A stretch of DNA of 64,000 bases from an uncultured Planctomycetaceae bacterium (GCA_963833985.1 CAWIAD010000002.1:3456001-3520000), one strand, 5' to 3'. Positions 11,100 through 23,135 are shown, numbered from the stretch's first letter. Notes: generated from the letters alone by a model not told the origin. Made by a program: numbers and translations.

Positions 11100-12094
11100 A
11101 TGAGCACGGAGTTAGCAGCCATGCACGCGACGACGGTGCCTGCCAGTGAAGTTGTCAGGCCCTCCGGCAAGCCGCTCCGCGCCGTGGTGATCGGCGGCTC
11201 GGGACAGCTTGGCGGCTGGCTCATGAGGATCCTTCAGGAGCGCGGGCATACGGCCGCTGGAACGTTCGCCACGGTGCCGTTTCCCGGCCTGGTTCCGCTC
11301 GATGCCGGTGACCTCGAGACCGCGGCCGGGTGGGTTCACGCGCAGCGCCCGACGTCGTCTTTTACCCGGCCGGTTTCACCTGGGTGGATGGCTGCGAGCA
11401 GGATCCGGCCAGAGCGTATGCAGCGAACCTGGAGCAGCCGCTGAACCTGGCCAGGGCGGCCGCGGCAACGGGCGCCCGGTTCATCTACTTCTCCACGGAT
11501 TACGTCTTCGACGGCATCTCCGGCCCGTACTCCGAGGAGTCGGCAACTCACCCGCTGTCGGTGTATGGAAAGGCCAAGTACGACGCCGAGCGGGCGCTTG
11601 CCGGCGAGCTGGGCGACGGCCAGCTCACCATCCGCACCTCCTGGGTGTTCGGCCCCGAGCGGCAGGGCAAGAACTTCGCGTACCAGTTGCTGCGCAACCT
11701 GGCGCAGGGCAAGCCCACGGTGTGCCCCTCCGACCAGGTCTCCAGCCCCAGCTACGGCCCGGATGTGGCACGGGCAGCGGTGCTGCTCACGGAAAACGGG
11801 ACGAGCGGGTTGATCCACGTGGTCGGCCCCGAGGTCATGGGCCGGGTTGAGTTCGCGCACGCCATCGCGGCAGCCTTCGGGTACGACGGCCGGCTCATCG
11901 TGCCAAGGTCGACCGCGGAGCTGAACCAGGGGGCTCCCAGGCCGCTTTACGGCGGGCTGCTCACCAATCGCCTTGCCGCGGCGCACCCCGGGACCATGAG
12001 GCCTCTTTCCGAGGTGCTGCAAGACTTCCGCGGCATCCTGACTGATCCCGGGTTCGGCTCATGGGTGCAACCGGTCCCGGGATTTCCGGCGTGA
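11100..12094 (+). CDS. RmlD-like SDR (dTDP-4-dehydrorhamnose reductase family), frameshift at ~11349
   Basis: IGGSGQLG, then WVDGCE, FSTDYVFDG, YGKAK, RTSWVFG, DQVSSPSY in the next frame. Confidence 0.85.
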
Positions 12095-12144
12095 CCGAAG
12101 AACAGGCATGAGCGGCGGCGCTCGCCGGTCGGAGGATCGAGGAC

Positions 12145-13299
12145 TTGGACGCCAAGGTGCTTCGTGTCCCCGAAGACGGGGGGCGCCCTCAACCCGGAGA
12201 ACCGATCGGGCCACAGAAAGACGTGGACGCCCCGGCACCGATCCTGCGTCGCGCGGCCAGCCAGGTGAGCCTGCGTAACCTGACCTTCGTGCTCCTGATC
12301 GCCGCCACCAGCCTGTACCTGCTGGAGCGGCTGGAGCCCGTGTTGCGGCCCCTGCTCATCGCCGTACTGCTCTCTTACCTGTTCCTGCCCGTCTACACCT
12401 ACCTGCGCCGGTCCATGCGGCCGGTCTTCTCGTTCCTGATCATCGTGGTGGCCATCACGCTCGGGCTCCAGGGGCTGGCGCGCATGGTCTACCGGGACGT
12501 CATCGTGATCGATCACAACCTGCCGCGCTACATGACCCGGGTGGGAGAGCTGGAGGAGCGGGTGCGGGAGCTCTCCAAGTCCATCGTGCCCCGGTTTCAG
12601 AAGCAAAGGACCGGCGACTCCAGCGCAGGGTCCGACGACCTGCTCGCCAGCGAACTCTCCCAGCGGGTGGTCCGGGGTGCGGCGTCGGCGTTCCTGACGG
12701 TCTGCCTCGAATCGATCGTGGTGGCGTTTTACATGATCTTCCTGCTGCAATCGGCGTCGCGGCTGCCGGACCGGATTCGCTCGAGCTTCTCGCCGGACCG
12801 GGCGTCCGGAATCCTCCAGGTCACGCAGTCGATCAACAAGGCGATCTCGGAATACCTGGTGGTGAAGGTGAAGGCCAGTCTGCTGGTCGGCATACCCGTT
12901 GGCCTGGCCTGCTGGGGCTTCGGCGTCACCGGCGCGGTGACCTGGGGGGTGATCACGTTCTTCGGCAACTTCCTCCCGTACGTCGGGGCGCTGGTGGCCA
13001 TCGTGCCACCGCTGGTCCTGGCGTTCCTGGAGTTCCCCACGTTCGTGCCTCCCCTGCTGTTTGCCCTGGTCCTGCTGTGCATTCACGGCGTCACGGCGAA
13101 CCTGATCGAGCCGGCGATGACCGGCAAGGCGCTCGGCTTGAGCCCGCTGGTCGTGCTCGTGGGCCTGGCATTCTGGAGCCTGCTCTGGGGTTTCGTGGGC
13201 ATGGTGCTGGCCGTGCCGCTGACAGTCATCTTCAAGATCATCCTGGAGCACACCCCGGCCACCCGGCCGCTGGCCCGGCTGATCTCGGACGACCAGTGA
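12145..13299 (+). CDS. AI-2E family transporter
   Basis: multi-TM; NFLPYVG, NLIEPAMTGKALGLSPLVV, WGFVGMVLAVPL. Confidence 0.9.
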   Translation: MDAKVLRVPEDGGRPQPGEPIGPQKDVDAPAPILRRAASQVSLRNLTFVLLIAATSLYLLERLEPVLRPLLIAVLLSYLFLPVYTYLRRSMRPVFSFLIIVVAITLGLQGLARMVYRDVIVIDHNLPRYMTRVGELEERVRELSKSIVPRFQKQRTGDSSAGSDDLLASELSQRVVRGAASAFLTVCLESIVVAFYMIFLLQSASRLPDRIRSSFSPDRASGILQVTQSINKAISEYLVVKVKASLLVGIPVGLACWGFGVTGAVTWGVITFFGNFLPYVGALVAIVPPLVLAFLEFPTFVPPLLFALVLLCIHGVTANLIEPAMTGKALGLSPLVVLVGLAFWSLLWGFVGMVLAVPLTVIFKIILEHTPATRPLARLISDDQ

Positions 13300-13308
13300 C
13301 GGCAGGTC

Positions 13309-14007
13309 TCAGCCCCGGACCGGCGCGGGCTCGCGGGCGGCTTGCCCGTTCACCAGCAGGCCATCCTCGAGCTCGAAGAGCAGATCGCCCGCGCGGATGT
13401 ACCGTCGATCGTGGGTGACGACGATCAGCGTGCACCCGCGCTCCTGCTGGTGGTGGCGAAGGATCTGGAAGATCTCATCACCGGCCCTGGAATCGAGCTC
13501 GCCGGTCGGCTCGTCCGCAAGGATGAGGAGCGGGTCCTTCACCAGCGCCCGGGCGATCGCCACGCGCTGCTGCTGGCCGCCGGAGAGCTGCGCGGGCCGG
13601 TGCTTGAGCCGGTTCCCCAGCCCGACGTCGCCCAGCAGCTGGATGGCTTTCTCACGCCATTCCGCCCAGTTCGTACCCGGCAAGATCGGGATCAGCACGT
13701 TATCCAGGGCCGACAGGTTGCCGATGAGGTTGAACGCCTGGAAGACGAACCCGACTTGGTCGTGCCGGAACTCGTCCTGCTCGTTTTCCGTCATCGCCGC
13801 GAGGTCGCGGTTGCCGATGAGGACCTGGCCCGAGGTCGGCCGGTCCAGAGCGCCCAGCAAGGTCAGCAGCGTGCTCTTGCCGGAGCCCGAGGGACCGACG
13901 ATGAACGCACAGGAGCCCTGGGGCACTTGAAATGTCACGCCCCGAAGTGCCTCGACCCGGTTTTCGCCCGTGAGATACGTCTTGGCAACATTGATGACCT
14001 CGACCAT
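13309..14007 (-). CDS. ABC transporter ATP-binding protein (LolD/MacB-like)
   Basis: GPSGSGKST, LSGGQQQRVAIARAL, ILADEPTG, VTHD. Confidence 0.93.
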   Translation of the reverse strand: MVEVINVAKTYLTGENRVEALRGVTFQVPQGSCAFIVGPSGSGKSTLLTLLGALDRPTSGQVLIGNRDLAAMTENEQDEFRHDQVGFVFQAFNLIGNLSALDNVLIPILPGTNWAEWREKAIQLLGDVGLGNRLKHRPAQLSGGQQQRVAIARALVKDPLLILADEPTGELDSRAGDEIFQILRHHQQERGCTLIVVTHDRRYIRAGDLLFELEDGLLVNGQAAREPAPVRG

Positions 14008-14046
14008 GGAACCACTCCTCCGGAAATTCAAAAAGGTCCTCGCCGG

Positions 14047-15279
14047 CTAGCGGGTTCCCTTGCGGATGGCCTCCATGGGCAAGAGCCCTGAAGCGTGCCA
14101 GGCCGGGTAGAGCCCGCCGGTCACGCCCATCACCAGGGCCAGGCCGATTCCGAGGAGCAGGTGCAATGGTCTCGCCTCGAGCTGCAACCCGTTCAGGAAC
14201 TGGTTCACGAGCGTCACGCCGGCGATTGCCAGCAGGCATCCCAGCGCGCCAGAGAGCAAGCCCAGGTAGCTGCTTTCCACGAGCACGAGATGGAGCACGT
14301 TCTTCCGCTTCCAGCCGTTGGTCCGGAGGATGCCGAACTCGACGTACCGCTCCATCGTGCTCATGAGCATGGTGTTGATGATGCCGATGCAACCGACGAG
14401 CATCGCCAGGCTGATCACCATGAGCAGGAAAACGTCGAGCTGGTTCATGGTCTGGGTGATATTCACCGCCATGTCGGAGGTGGTGCGGGCCTCTGCCTCC
14501 GGGACGGCCCGGTCGACGGCCGCGATCACCGCTTGTTGCTGCGCTGGGTCTTCCGGCTCGATGAGGAACGCAGAGACCGTCTCGTCCTTGACCCCGAGAA
14601 GTCGCCTGGCGGTGGAGATCTCCATCACAATGATCCGGTCGAGTACCAGGGAGCCGGTCTCGAAGAGCCCCACGATCTCGAACGTTTCATTGGCGATACG
14701 CAGCGAATCGCCAACCTTCCGGGGCTGACCGGGCGCCACGGGGAAATCCCCTGCGGTTTTCTTGCTGATGACGACGCGGTTCTTGCCCGTGTCGCCGGGA
14801 TCGAGAAACCGGCCTCCGCCCTGTTCCGGCGGGATCATGGCCGCGATCAGCGCGGTCTTTTGCAGGCTCAGATGCTGGGGAACGTCCATTCCCTCGATGA
14901 TCTGGGCGTCGAAGATGCCGAAGGACGACCGGGACCGCTGCCCTGAAACCAGGTTCATGGCCGAGCTGGCCAGGATGCTCTTGCCCTCGATGGGCGGGGC
15001 GATCTTCCAGACCTCCGGCGCCACGACGTGAACACCGGGAACCTGGCGGAGCGTTTCCGCCATGCGCGCGGGAAGGTCGCTGAAGATGGGCCCGGGGACG
15101 TTCGCCCGGATCACCAGCACGCCGTGCACCTGTCCCAGCGTGCCCTCCATCAAGTTGCGGATGCCCTGCGAGAGCCCCAGCAGCCCCAGCACACCGAAGA
15201 CGGGAATCGACAGGCCGACGATCGCCAGAACGGTTCGAGATGGCCGCGTCAGGAGATTTTGCCAGGCGAAGCGCCACAT
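14047..15279 (-). CDS. ABC transporter permease (MacB/FtsX family)
   Basis: AWQNLLTRPSRT, periplasmic loop, GIINTMLMSTMERYVEFGILR, YPAWHAS..PMEAIR. Confidence 0.9.
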   Translation of the reverse strand: MWRFAWQNLLTRPSRTVLAIVGLSIPVFGVLGLLGLSQGIRNLMEGTLGQVHGVLVIRANVPGPIFSDLPARMAETLRQVPGVHVVAPEVWKIAPPIEGKSILASSAMNLVSGQRSRSSFGIFDAQIIEGMDVPQHLSLQKTALIAAMIPPEQGGGRFLDPGDTGKNRVVISKKTAGDFPVAPGQPRKVGDSLRIANETFEIVGLFETGSLVLDRIIVMEISTARRLLGVKDETVSAFLIEPEDPAQQQAVIAAVDRAVPEAEARTTSDMAVNITQTMNQLDVFLLMVISLAMLVGCIGIINTMLMSTMERYVEFGILRTNGWKRKNVLHLVLVESSYLGLLSGALGCLLAIAGVTLVNQFLNGLQLEARPLHLLLGIGLALVMGVTGGLYPAWHASGLLPMEAIRKGTR

Positions 15280-15729
15280 GAAGGACCCCCGTGTTCGCAG
15301 GCGCAGACGGATAGCCGCGGCAGAAGGACCGCAAGCGGCTTCCCAGCGGCTACCAGTCGAAGCTGCAAGCGCTGCGCCAAATGAAGCAGCGCCTCGACAC
15401 TGACACCGGGAACGGACGGACCGGCCGGAAGCTGCGCCGAAGTGCCGCGCGCGGCGGGACCTCCACGGGCATTGCCAAGGCCGACGGGCAGAGCTTTTTG
15501 GTCCTCACCTTGACGCCTGGGAGCCCCGGCTCTACAACACGTTCCAGCATTGAGATGCGAGCACTGACGACGCCTTTAGTTCATGTTGCGCCGGCGGATA
15601 GGTTTAGTCCGCCCTGTTCCGGGCGGCCCGCTGGCGGTACAGGTCCGCGGGCCAATGACCTCGGGCGGTCGCCGAGCCTCACAATCGTAGCTTTTCCACC
15701 AGGACGCCTTTCGGCACATCTCCGGAGCC

Positions 15730-17349
15730 ATGAATCGAGTGAAACGGAAGCGGATCGTCATCATCGGGGCGGGGCCCGGCGGGCTGGCAAGCGCGATGCT
15801 TCTGGCCGGGGCCGGTTACGATGTCACCGTACTGGAGCGGCGTGGGCAGGTCGGCGGCCGCACCAGCACGATCGGGGGCGATGGTTTCCGGTTCGACCTC
15901 GGCCCCACGTTCTTCCTCTATCCGAGGGTGCTTGAATCCATCTTCGCGGCGGTCGGGCGGGACCTCCATGCCGAGGTCCCAATGGTCCGCCTGGACCCGC
16001 AATACCACCTCGTCTTCGGCGCTGGCGGCGAGCTCAAGGCCACCCCGGACCCGGCGCGGATGGAAGCCGCGATTGCCGCGATCTGCCCGCACGACGCCGG
16101 CGAGCTCCACAGGTTCATGGCTGATAACCGCGCCAAGATGAACGAATTCCGGCAGGTGCTCGAGTCGCCATTCCTGGGCTGGCGCGATCTGCTCTCCCCG
16201 CACCTCATGAAGGTGCTGCCGATGCTCCGCCCGTGGCTGTCACTCGACGGCGAGCTGCGGCGCTATTTTGACGATCCGCGCATCCGGCTGGCCATGACAT
16301 TCCAGTCCAAGTACCTGGGCATGTCACCCTTCAACTGTCCGAGTCTGTTCTCGATCCTCTCATTTCTCGAATACGAGTACGGCGTCTTCCATCCGCTGGG
16401 CGGCTGCGGCGTGGTCTCGACGGTCATGGCCCGGATCGCACGGGAGCTGGGTGCGACGATCTCGGTCGACGATGAAGTGCAGGAGATCCTCTTCCAGGGA
16501 CGGCGGGCGGTGGGGGTCCGCGCGCGATCGGGCTTGCACCCCGCCGATGCCCTGGTCATCAATGCGGACTTCGCCAGGGCCATGACGCGGCTGGTGCCGG
16601 ATCACCTGCGCCGCCGCTGGAGCAACCGGAATATCGCACGCAAGAAGTTCTCCTGCTCCACGTTCATGCTCTACCTGGGTGTGGAGGGCAGGTATGACGA
16701 TCTCGCGCACCACACCATCTATCTGGCGGAGGACTACCGTCAGAACCTGCTGGATATCGAGTCCCGCCACGTGCTCTCCAGCGATCCGTCGTTTTATGTC
16801 CAGAACGCTTGCGTGACCGATCCTTCGCTGGCCCCGGCCGGCAAGAGCACGCTCTACGTCCTGCTGCCTGTGACGCACCAGCATCCCAACGTGGACTGGT
16901 CCGTGGAAGCACCAAGGTTCCGCGCGCTGGCGCTTGCGCAACTGGCCAAGATAGGTGTGCATGGAGTCGAGACACGGATCGTTCACGAGCAGATGGTCAC
17001 CCCGGCTGACTGGGACCAGCAGTATGAGATCCACCGAGGAGCGACCTTCAACCTGGCCCACAGCCTGGCACAGATGCTCCACCTGAGACCACGAAACCGG
17101 TTCGAGGACCTGGATGGCGTGTACCTGGTGGGCGGAGGGACCCACCCCGGTAGCGGCCTGCCGGTCATCTACGAGTCGGCGCGGATCACCAGCCGGCTGC
17201 TGGGCAACGACCTGGGCATGCCCGTGCCGCTGGATGGGCCGCTCCATGCCTTGCCGGGCGACCGGCCGCGCAGGACGCCCGACGCGCGTGTGGAACAGTT
17301 GATCGAGACGACCGCCGCGCGTGTGGAGCAGTTGATCGAGGTGTCCTGA
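15730..17349 (+). CDS. crtI: phytoene desaturase family (CrtI/CrtN-like)
   Basis: GAGPGGL FAD motif, FRFDLGPT, FQSKYLGMSP, VGGGTHPGSGLP. Confidence 0.9.
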   Translation: MNRVKRKRIVIIGAGPGGLASAMLLAGAGYDVTVLERRGQVGGRTSTIGGDGFRFDLGPTFFLYPRVLESIFAAVGRDLHAEVPMVRLDPQYHLVFGAGGELKATPDPARMEAAIAAICPHDAGELHRFMADNRAKMNEFRQVLESPFLGWRDLLSPHLMKVLPMLRPWLSLDGELRRYFDDPRIRLAMTFQSKYLGMSPFNCPSLFSILSFLEYEYGVFHPLGGCGVVSTVMARIARELGATISVDDEVQEILFQGRRAVGVRARSGLHPADALVINADFARAMTRLVPDHLRRRWSNRNIARKKFSCSTFMLYLGVEGRYDDLAHHTIYLAEDYRQNLLDIESRHVLSSDPSFYVQNACVTDPSLAPAGKSTLYVLLPVTHQHPNVDWSVEAPRFRALALAQLAKIGVHGVETRIVHEQMVTPADWDQQYEIHRGATFNLAHSLAQMLHLRPRNRFEDLDGVYLVGGGTHPGSGLPVIYESARITSRLLGNDLGMPVPLDGPLHALPGDRPRRTPDARVEQLIETTAARVEQLIEVS

Positions 17350-17601
17350 AGGCCGACCACAAGGTGCCAGGCCTTTGCATGCGGCGGGTTCTCCGCAACA
17401 ATCCATCTTATGGGTGAGGCGGGCCGGGTGAGCTTGGCTTGAAAGGGTCGAGTCAGGGACAGCGGCAGGCACGCAACACCTGGGGCGGTTTTCTGACGGT
17501 TGCAGGCAGTTTCTGAGTTTTGCAAGGGGGGGCAGTCTGCGATCCAGGTGAAAACCGCTCTGAGCTGAGACGTCGAGGGGCTGAAGAAGGGAAACGCGGT
17601 G

Positions 17602-19186
17602 ATGGCGAAATCGAGATCGAGGCGGGTGGGAGTGATCGGCGGCGGCCTGGGAGGCCTTGCCTCGGCGTGCACGCTGGCGGCGCGGGGCTACGAGGTCGTG
17701 CTCTTCGAGCGGAACGAGTGGCTGGGCGGTAAGGCCGCGGTCCTCTCGGAAGGTGGTTACCGCTTCGACATGGGGCCCACCATCCTGCTCATGCCCTCGG
17801 TCCTCGAGCGCATCTTCTGCGAGGCCGGACGTGAGCTTGCCGATGAGCTCGACCTGGTTCGCCTCGATCCCCAGTGGCGGTCATTCTTCCCGGACGGCTC
17901 GGTGCTCGACCTCCACGCCGCAACCGAGCCCATGTGCGCCGCGATCGACGCCCTGGCACCCGGAGGCAACGATGCCAGGGGTTATCGGCGTTTTCTCGAC
18001 CTGTCGGCGCGGCTGGATGAGATCTCGCAGCGTTACTATTTCTGGCGCTCGATCGGCTCGGTCGCCGACATGTTCGATCCATCGACCGCGGCGAGCCTCT
18101 CGACCCTGGGCGACGTCGTGAGGATGCGTCCCTGGAGTACGGTCGGCGCGACCATCCGCAGCTTCGTCCGCGACCCGCGCCTGGCCCAGATGCTCGACCA
18201 CTTCACGCAGTATGTCGGCTCGGCGCCGGACCTGTCGCCGGCGGTGCTGTGCGGCATTGCCCACATGCAAACCGGCGAAGGGGTCTGGTATCCCAGGGGC
18301 GGTACCCGGGCCGTCGCCGAAGCGCTGGTCAGGCTCGCCGGCGAGCTTGGTGTCGAGCTGCATTGCGGGACCGGCGTGCGGTCGATCAACATCGATGCGG
18401 ACGCGGGAGTGGCGGGGATCACGCTCGACGATGGCCGGCAGGTCCCGCTGGCAGCCGTCGTCTCCAACGGCGATTCCGTACGCACGCATCGAGAGCTGCT
18501 CGAGGGCACCGCTGCCGCACGTCGGTTCGAGAAACGTCGCCGCTATGAGCCGGCCTGTTCCGGAGTGGTCCTCTACCTGGGGCTTGATCGGCGTTACGAT
18601 CAACTCCTGCACCACAACTTCGTCTTCTCGCGTGATCCTCACGCGGAGTTCGATTCGATCTACCGCAAGGGAGAGCCGGCGCCCGATCCCACCTGCTACC
18701 TGTGCGCTCCGGCCGCCACCGAGCCGGGGGTGGCACCGCAGGGCGGCGAGGCTCTGTATGTCCTGGTCCACACTCCCTACCTGCGGGCAGGACACGACTG
18801 GAAGCGGCTCTATCCGAGCTATCGGCAGGTCATCCTGGACAAGCTGAAGACAACCGCGGGCATGGAAGATATCGAGGACCGTATCCGGCTCGAGGCGCTG
18901 GCTGACCCCGGAGGACATCGACCAGCGCTACCATGTGCTCGACGGCGCCATTTACGGGCTCGCCAGCCATGGCCGCTTCGGGGGCGCTTTCAAGCCTTCC
19001 AACCGCAGCCCCGACGTCCCGCGACTCTACCTGGCCGGCGGCGCGGCCCACCCGGGACCGGGGATGCCCATGGTGTTGATGTCCGGTTGGATCGCCGCGG
19101 ACTCCTTGCACCGGGACGGGCTGGTCGCGCCGGCTCGCGAGCGGCTGGCCCACGCTGCGGCCGCATCGAGCACCAACGGATCATGA
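17602..19186 (+). CDS. second CrtI-family oxidoreductase (CrtP/CrtNb-like), frameshift at ~18895
   Basis: GGGLGGL, FDMGPTIL, DHFTQYVGS, EPACSGVVLYLG; C-terminus GAIYGLASHG...AHPGPGMPMVLMSG lies in another frame. Confidence 0.85.
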
Positions 19187-19234
19187 TCATGACTTACCAA
19201 ACGGCGTGAGACGCACCGCGCCGCGGACCCGGCA

Positions 19235-20146
19235 ATGGTTTTCGGCATGAATCATGTCACGATGGGACATCTGGAACCGGCCGCACGAACGCACACCGTC
19301 CGTTCCCCGGACGGTCTTCGTCCACGGCGGTCGCCATGGCTTTTCCATCTTTTCCGCAAATACAGCCGGCGATACGTGCGGCGCCATTTCCATGCCTTGC
19401 GGCTGTCCCGGAGCGGTCCATCGCCAGGGGGCCTGCCCGGTCCCGTGATCGTGGTTGTGAATCATCCGTCCTGGTGGGATCCGCTTGTCGGACTGGTCCT
19501 CACGGAGCTCTTCCCCGCGGACGTGTGCCATTACGTGCCCATGGAATCCGCCGGATTGAAACAGTATCCGTTTCTCGAGCGGCTCGGGTTCTTCGGAGTG
19601 GAGGCCGGGACCGCGCATGGCGCACGCGCCTTTCTGCAACAGGCGCTGGCCGTCCTGTCGGACCCGTCCTCGGTCCTCTGGATCACGCCCCAGGGAGAGT
19701 TCGTGGATCCCCGGGCCCGCCCCTTGCGGCTCAAGCCGGGCATCGGGCATCTGGTGTGCCGGCTCTGCCCCGTCACCATCGTACCGCTGGCGCTCGAGTA
19801 TCCGTTCTGGAACGATCGCTGCCCGGAGGCCCTGGCGTGCTTCGGCCCGCCGACGATCGTGACGGCCGCGAGCGGCGAGACGCCGCAAGGGTGGACTGCA
19901 CGAATCGCCCAGGCCCTGGAGCACACGCAGGATCGGCTTGCCATCGAGGCCGGTTGCCGCGACCCCGGCGCCTTCGTGACGGTGCTCCGTGGCACGTCGG
20001 GCGTGGGTGGAATCTACGACGCCTGGCGCCGGCTCCGCACCGCGATGCGGGGCGAACGGTTCGACGTCGATCATCAACTCGCCAGTCGAAGCGGTGCCAG
20101 GGCCGGCGGGCCGCTCGGCGAGGGCGGCAACGCGGACACGGCCTGA
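19235..20146 (+). CDS. PlsC-like acyltransferase (carotenoid-cluster associated)
   Basis: NHPSWWD (HX4D motif), WITPQG, VPLALEY. Confidence 0.85.
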   Translation: MVFGMNHVTMGHLEPAARTHTVRSPDGLRPRRSPWLFHLFRKYSRRYVRRHFHALRLSRSGPSPGGLPGPVIVVVNHPSWWDPLVGLVLTELFPADVCHYVPMESAGLKQYPFLERLGFFGVEAGTAHGARAFLQQALAVLSDPSSVLWITPQGEFVDPRARPLRLKPGIGHLVCRLCPVTIVPLALEYPFWNDRCPEALACFGPPTIVTAASGETPQGWTARIAQALEHTQDRLAIEAGCRDPGAFVTVLRGTSGVGGIYDAWRRLRTAMRGERFDVDHQLASRSGARAGGPLGEGGNADTA

Positions 20147-20183
20147 GCGAACCACCTCCCTTCACCTTCGAGCCGGCTTCACC

Positions 20184-21376
20184 ATGCTTGTGCCTCTGGT
20201 TGTGGTTTCATTCCTGTGTGCCCTGGTCCCCGCACTGCTGTTTCGGGCCAATCTCAAAGCCTACGCGCCACCCCCGATTCCCGCCGACCAGGATGAGGAT
20301 CCGCCGTCGATCTCGGTGCTCATCCCCGCGCGGAATGAGGAAAAGTCGATCGCGCGGTGCGTGCGGTCGACCCTCGCCAGTACGGGAGTCAGGCTCGAGG
20401 TTGTCGTCCTGGACGACGGATCGGAAGATCGAACCGCCGCGCTGGTCAGGGAAATCGCCAGCGGCGACGGCCGGGTTCGTCTGGTCTCCGCGCCGGAGCT
20501 GCCGGCAGGATGGTGCGGCAAGCAGCACGCCTGCTGGATCCTGGCGCGCGAGGCTCGTCACCCCTGGCTGGTGTTCCTCGACGCCGACGTGAGGCTGACG
20601 CCCGACGCGCTGGTGCGGATGCACGCCTTCCTCTGGACCACCGGCGCTGGGCTGGCAAGCGGCATACCGCGTCAGGAAACCGGCGCCTTCCTGGAAAAGC
20701 TGCTCATCCCTCTGATCCATTTCATCCTCCTCGGGTTCCTGCCCATGCGCCGGATGAGGCGGAGCCTCGACCCGCGGTTCGCCGCCGGTTGCGGCCAGCT
20801 CTTCATGGCCAGGGCCGAGGACTATCACAGATCCGGCGGCCATTCGATGATCCCCACGACACTGCACGACGGGCTGAAGCTCCCTCGCGTCTTTGCGCGG
20901 CCGGTTACAGGACCGACCTCTTCGACGCGACCGGGCTGGCTGCCTGCCGGATGTACCGCACGGGTGGAGAAGTCTGGTTCGGGCTCGCCAAGAATGCCGG
21001 CGAGGCCCTGGCCGCTCCGGCGATGATCGTCCCCATGACGCTATTCCTGCTCATGGGCCAGGTCTTCCCCGTGATCCTGCTTGGGGCCGGGCTCTGCTCG
21101 TGGCCCGCACCATGGCCTGCCTGGGAATTGCTGACGGCCCTGGCGGCGGTGGCTTGCAGTTATTATCCTCGGCTGGCCGCGGCCCGGCGGTTCCACCTGC
21201 CGCTCTCTGGAGCCATACTTCATCCCCTGGGAACCCTGGTGCTCCTGGCAATCCAGTGGTTCGCGTTCACGCTGAACGCGCTGGGGCGGCCGTCACGGTG
21301 GAAGGGAAGGGCCTACCAGACACCAGGCCGCGCCGCGGCCCCCTTCGCTGAGCGTGAGATCAAGGTCTCCGCCTGA
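20184..21376 (+). CDS. GT2 glycosyltransferase (CrtQ-like), frameshift at ~20895
   Basis: SVLIPARNEE, DDGSEDRT, GWCGKQHAC, FLDADV; CRMY...WFGLAKN...WKGRAY in the next frame. Confidence 0.85.
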
Positions 21377-21448
21377 CCGGCATGCCCAGGCGCAAGACTG
21401 TGCGGAGGCGTCCACCCGGCGCTGGCGATGCAGAGAGCCGCCAAGAAC

Positions 21449-22508
21449 ATGAGCAACAGGCTGACGGTCGTCACGGGTGGCGCGGGGTTCATCGGCAGCC
21501 ACCTGGTGAGCATGCTGGTCGAATCTGGCCACCAGGTGCGCGTGGTAGAGCGTCCCGGCGCCGAGGTCCGCCATTTACCCGCATCGGTCGAGGTCGTCTT
21601 CGCGGACATCCGCGAACGCAAGACACTGGTCGCCGCCATGACCGGTGCGCGTCTGGTCTACCACCTGGCGGCCAATCCCAATCTCTGGGTAAGGGACCGG
21701 AGCGACTTCGAAGCGGTGAACCATCTGGGAACCGTGCACGTGCTCGAGACAGCGCTCGCGGCCGGCGCTGAACGCGTCCTGCATACGAGCACCGAGAGCA
21801 TCCTCACGCGGGCGAACGTGGAGGGAACCGTTGATGAGGATGTCCAGATCTCGGAGGCCGATGTCGTTGGCCCCTATTGCCTGTCCAAGCTGAGGGCCGA
21901 GGCTGCCGCAATGAAGCTGGCGCAGCAAGGGCGCCCTGTCGTGATTGCCAACCCCACCATGCCCGTCGGGCCCGGTGATCGCGGCCTCTCGCCCCCGACC
22001 CGGCTCATCAGCGACTTCTGCCGCGGCCGCCTGCCCGCGCTCATGGACTGCACGCTGAACCTGGTGGATGTGCGGGACGTGGCACATGGGCTGATGCGCG
22101 TTTTCGAGCGGGGAGTGCCCGGCCGGCGCTACCTGCTGAGCGGCGAAAACCTCACACTGGCCGGTCTGCTGACCCTGGTATCAAATTCGTGTAGCGTGCC
22201 CGTGCCGCGCTGGCGCGTGCCGTACGCGGCCGGCCTGGCCGTTGCTTACCTGAGCGAATTGTGGGCAGACCGCGTCAGCGGCCAGTGCCCCAGGGCGACG
22301 GTGACCGGCGTCCGCCTCGCGCCGGATCATGCACTTCGATGCGTCGCGCACCCGCGCGGAACTGGGGCTCTGCCCGCGGCCGGTTGCGAGCGCGGTTGCC
22401 GATGCCGTCTCGTGGCTCAAGGAGACCGGGCACATCAGCATCCCCGGGAACACGAAAACCGCCACGGTGCTGGCGGACGACCGTCCTCTCTGGCAATCAT
22501 GGGAGTGA
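21449..22508 (+). CDS. NAD-dependent epimerase/dehydratase (HpnA-like), frameshift at ~22320
   Basis: TGGAGFIG, YCLSK, NPTMPVGPGD, NLVDVRDVA; C-terminus MHFDASRTRAELG in shifted frame. Confidence 0.8.
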
Positions 22509-23135
22509 TACGAGCAACCCCCGATCCGCAGTCCGGGCACCGGCCCCGATCCGCGAATCCCACACCGCGACGGCACAAGCGCGTCCTGCCTGCCATGGCG
22601 GTTCGGGAACCGTCCGTAATGATTGGTTAACTCGCGTTCTGTCTGCTATGCTCTGTACCCTCTACGTTCTGAAAAAACGACACCGCGGGAGCTGGGAAAT
22701 CATGGCCAGGTCAAAGTAGTGATGCCCTGCTGTGGTACGGTCCGGCCCGCTGCATCGGAGCCGGGCCGCCGGGAGCCGTGGCGGCTGATACCGGCGCAGG
22801 CCGGCAACATGCAGCCAGAGCAGAGCCTCGGTCGCACTGAAACTCCTGTGGCATCACGCTCGAGCGCGCGATCAGGCTCTGCGCCGGCACGGAATCCTCT
22901 GCAAACCGCCGGCGGCTTCTGTCAGTTGCGAGGACGAAATGGTGATGATTCTCAGGGTTAGGCGATTCCCTTACGGTCTCCCCATATTATATTTCCAGAA
23001 GTAGGCTCCGTACCTCGGCCTTCGGTCATCCGGCGGGAAAGGTGACATAGTCATGCAGGAGGCCTGCCGGCAGCATGGTCAATTCTCTCCGAACACCTTC
23101 GAGGCCGGTGCCGGAGAGTCCTGCGAATTTAGTGT

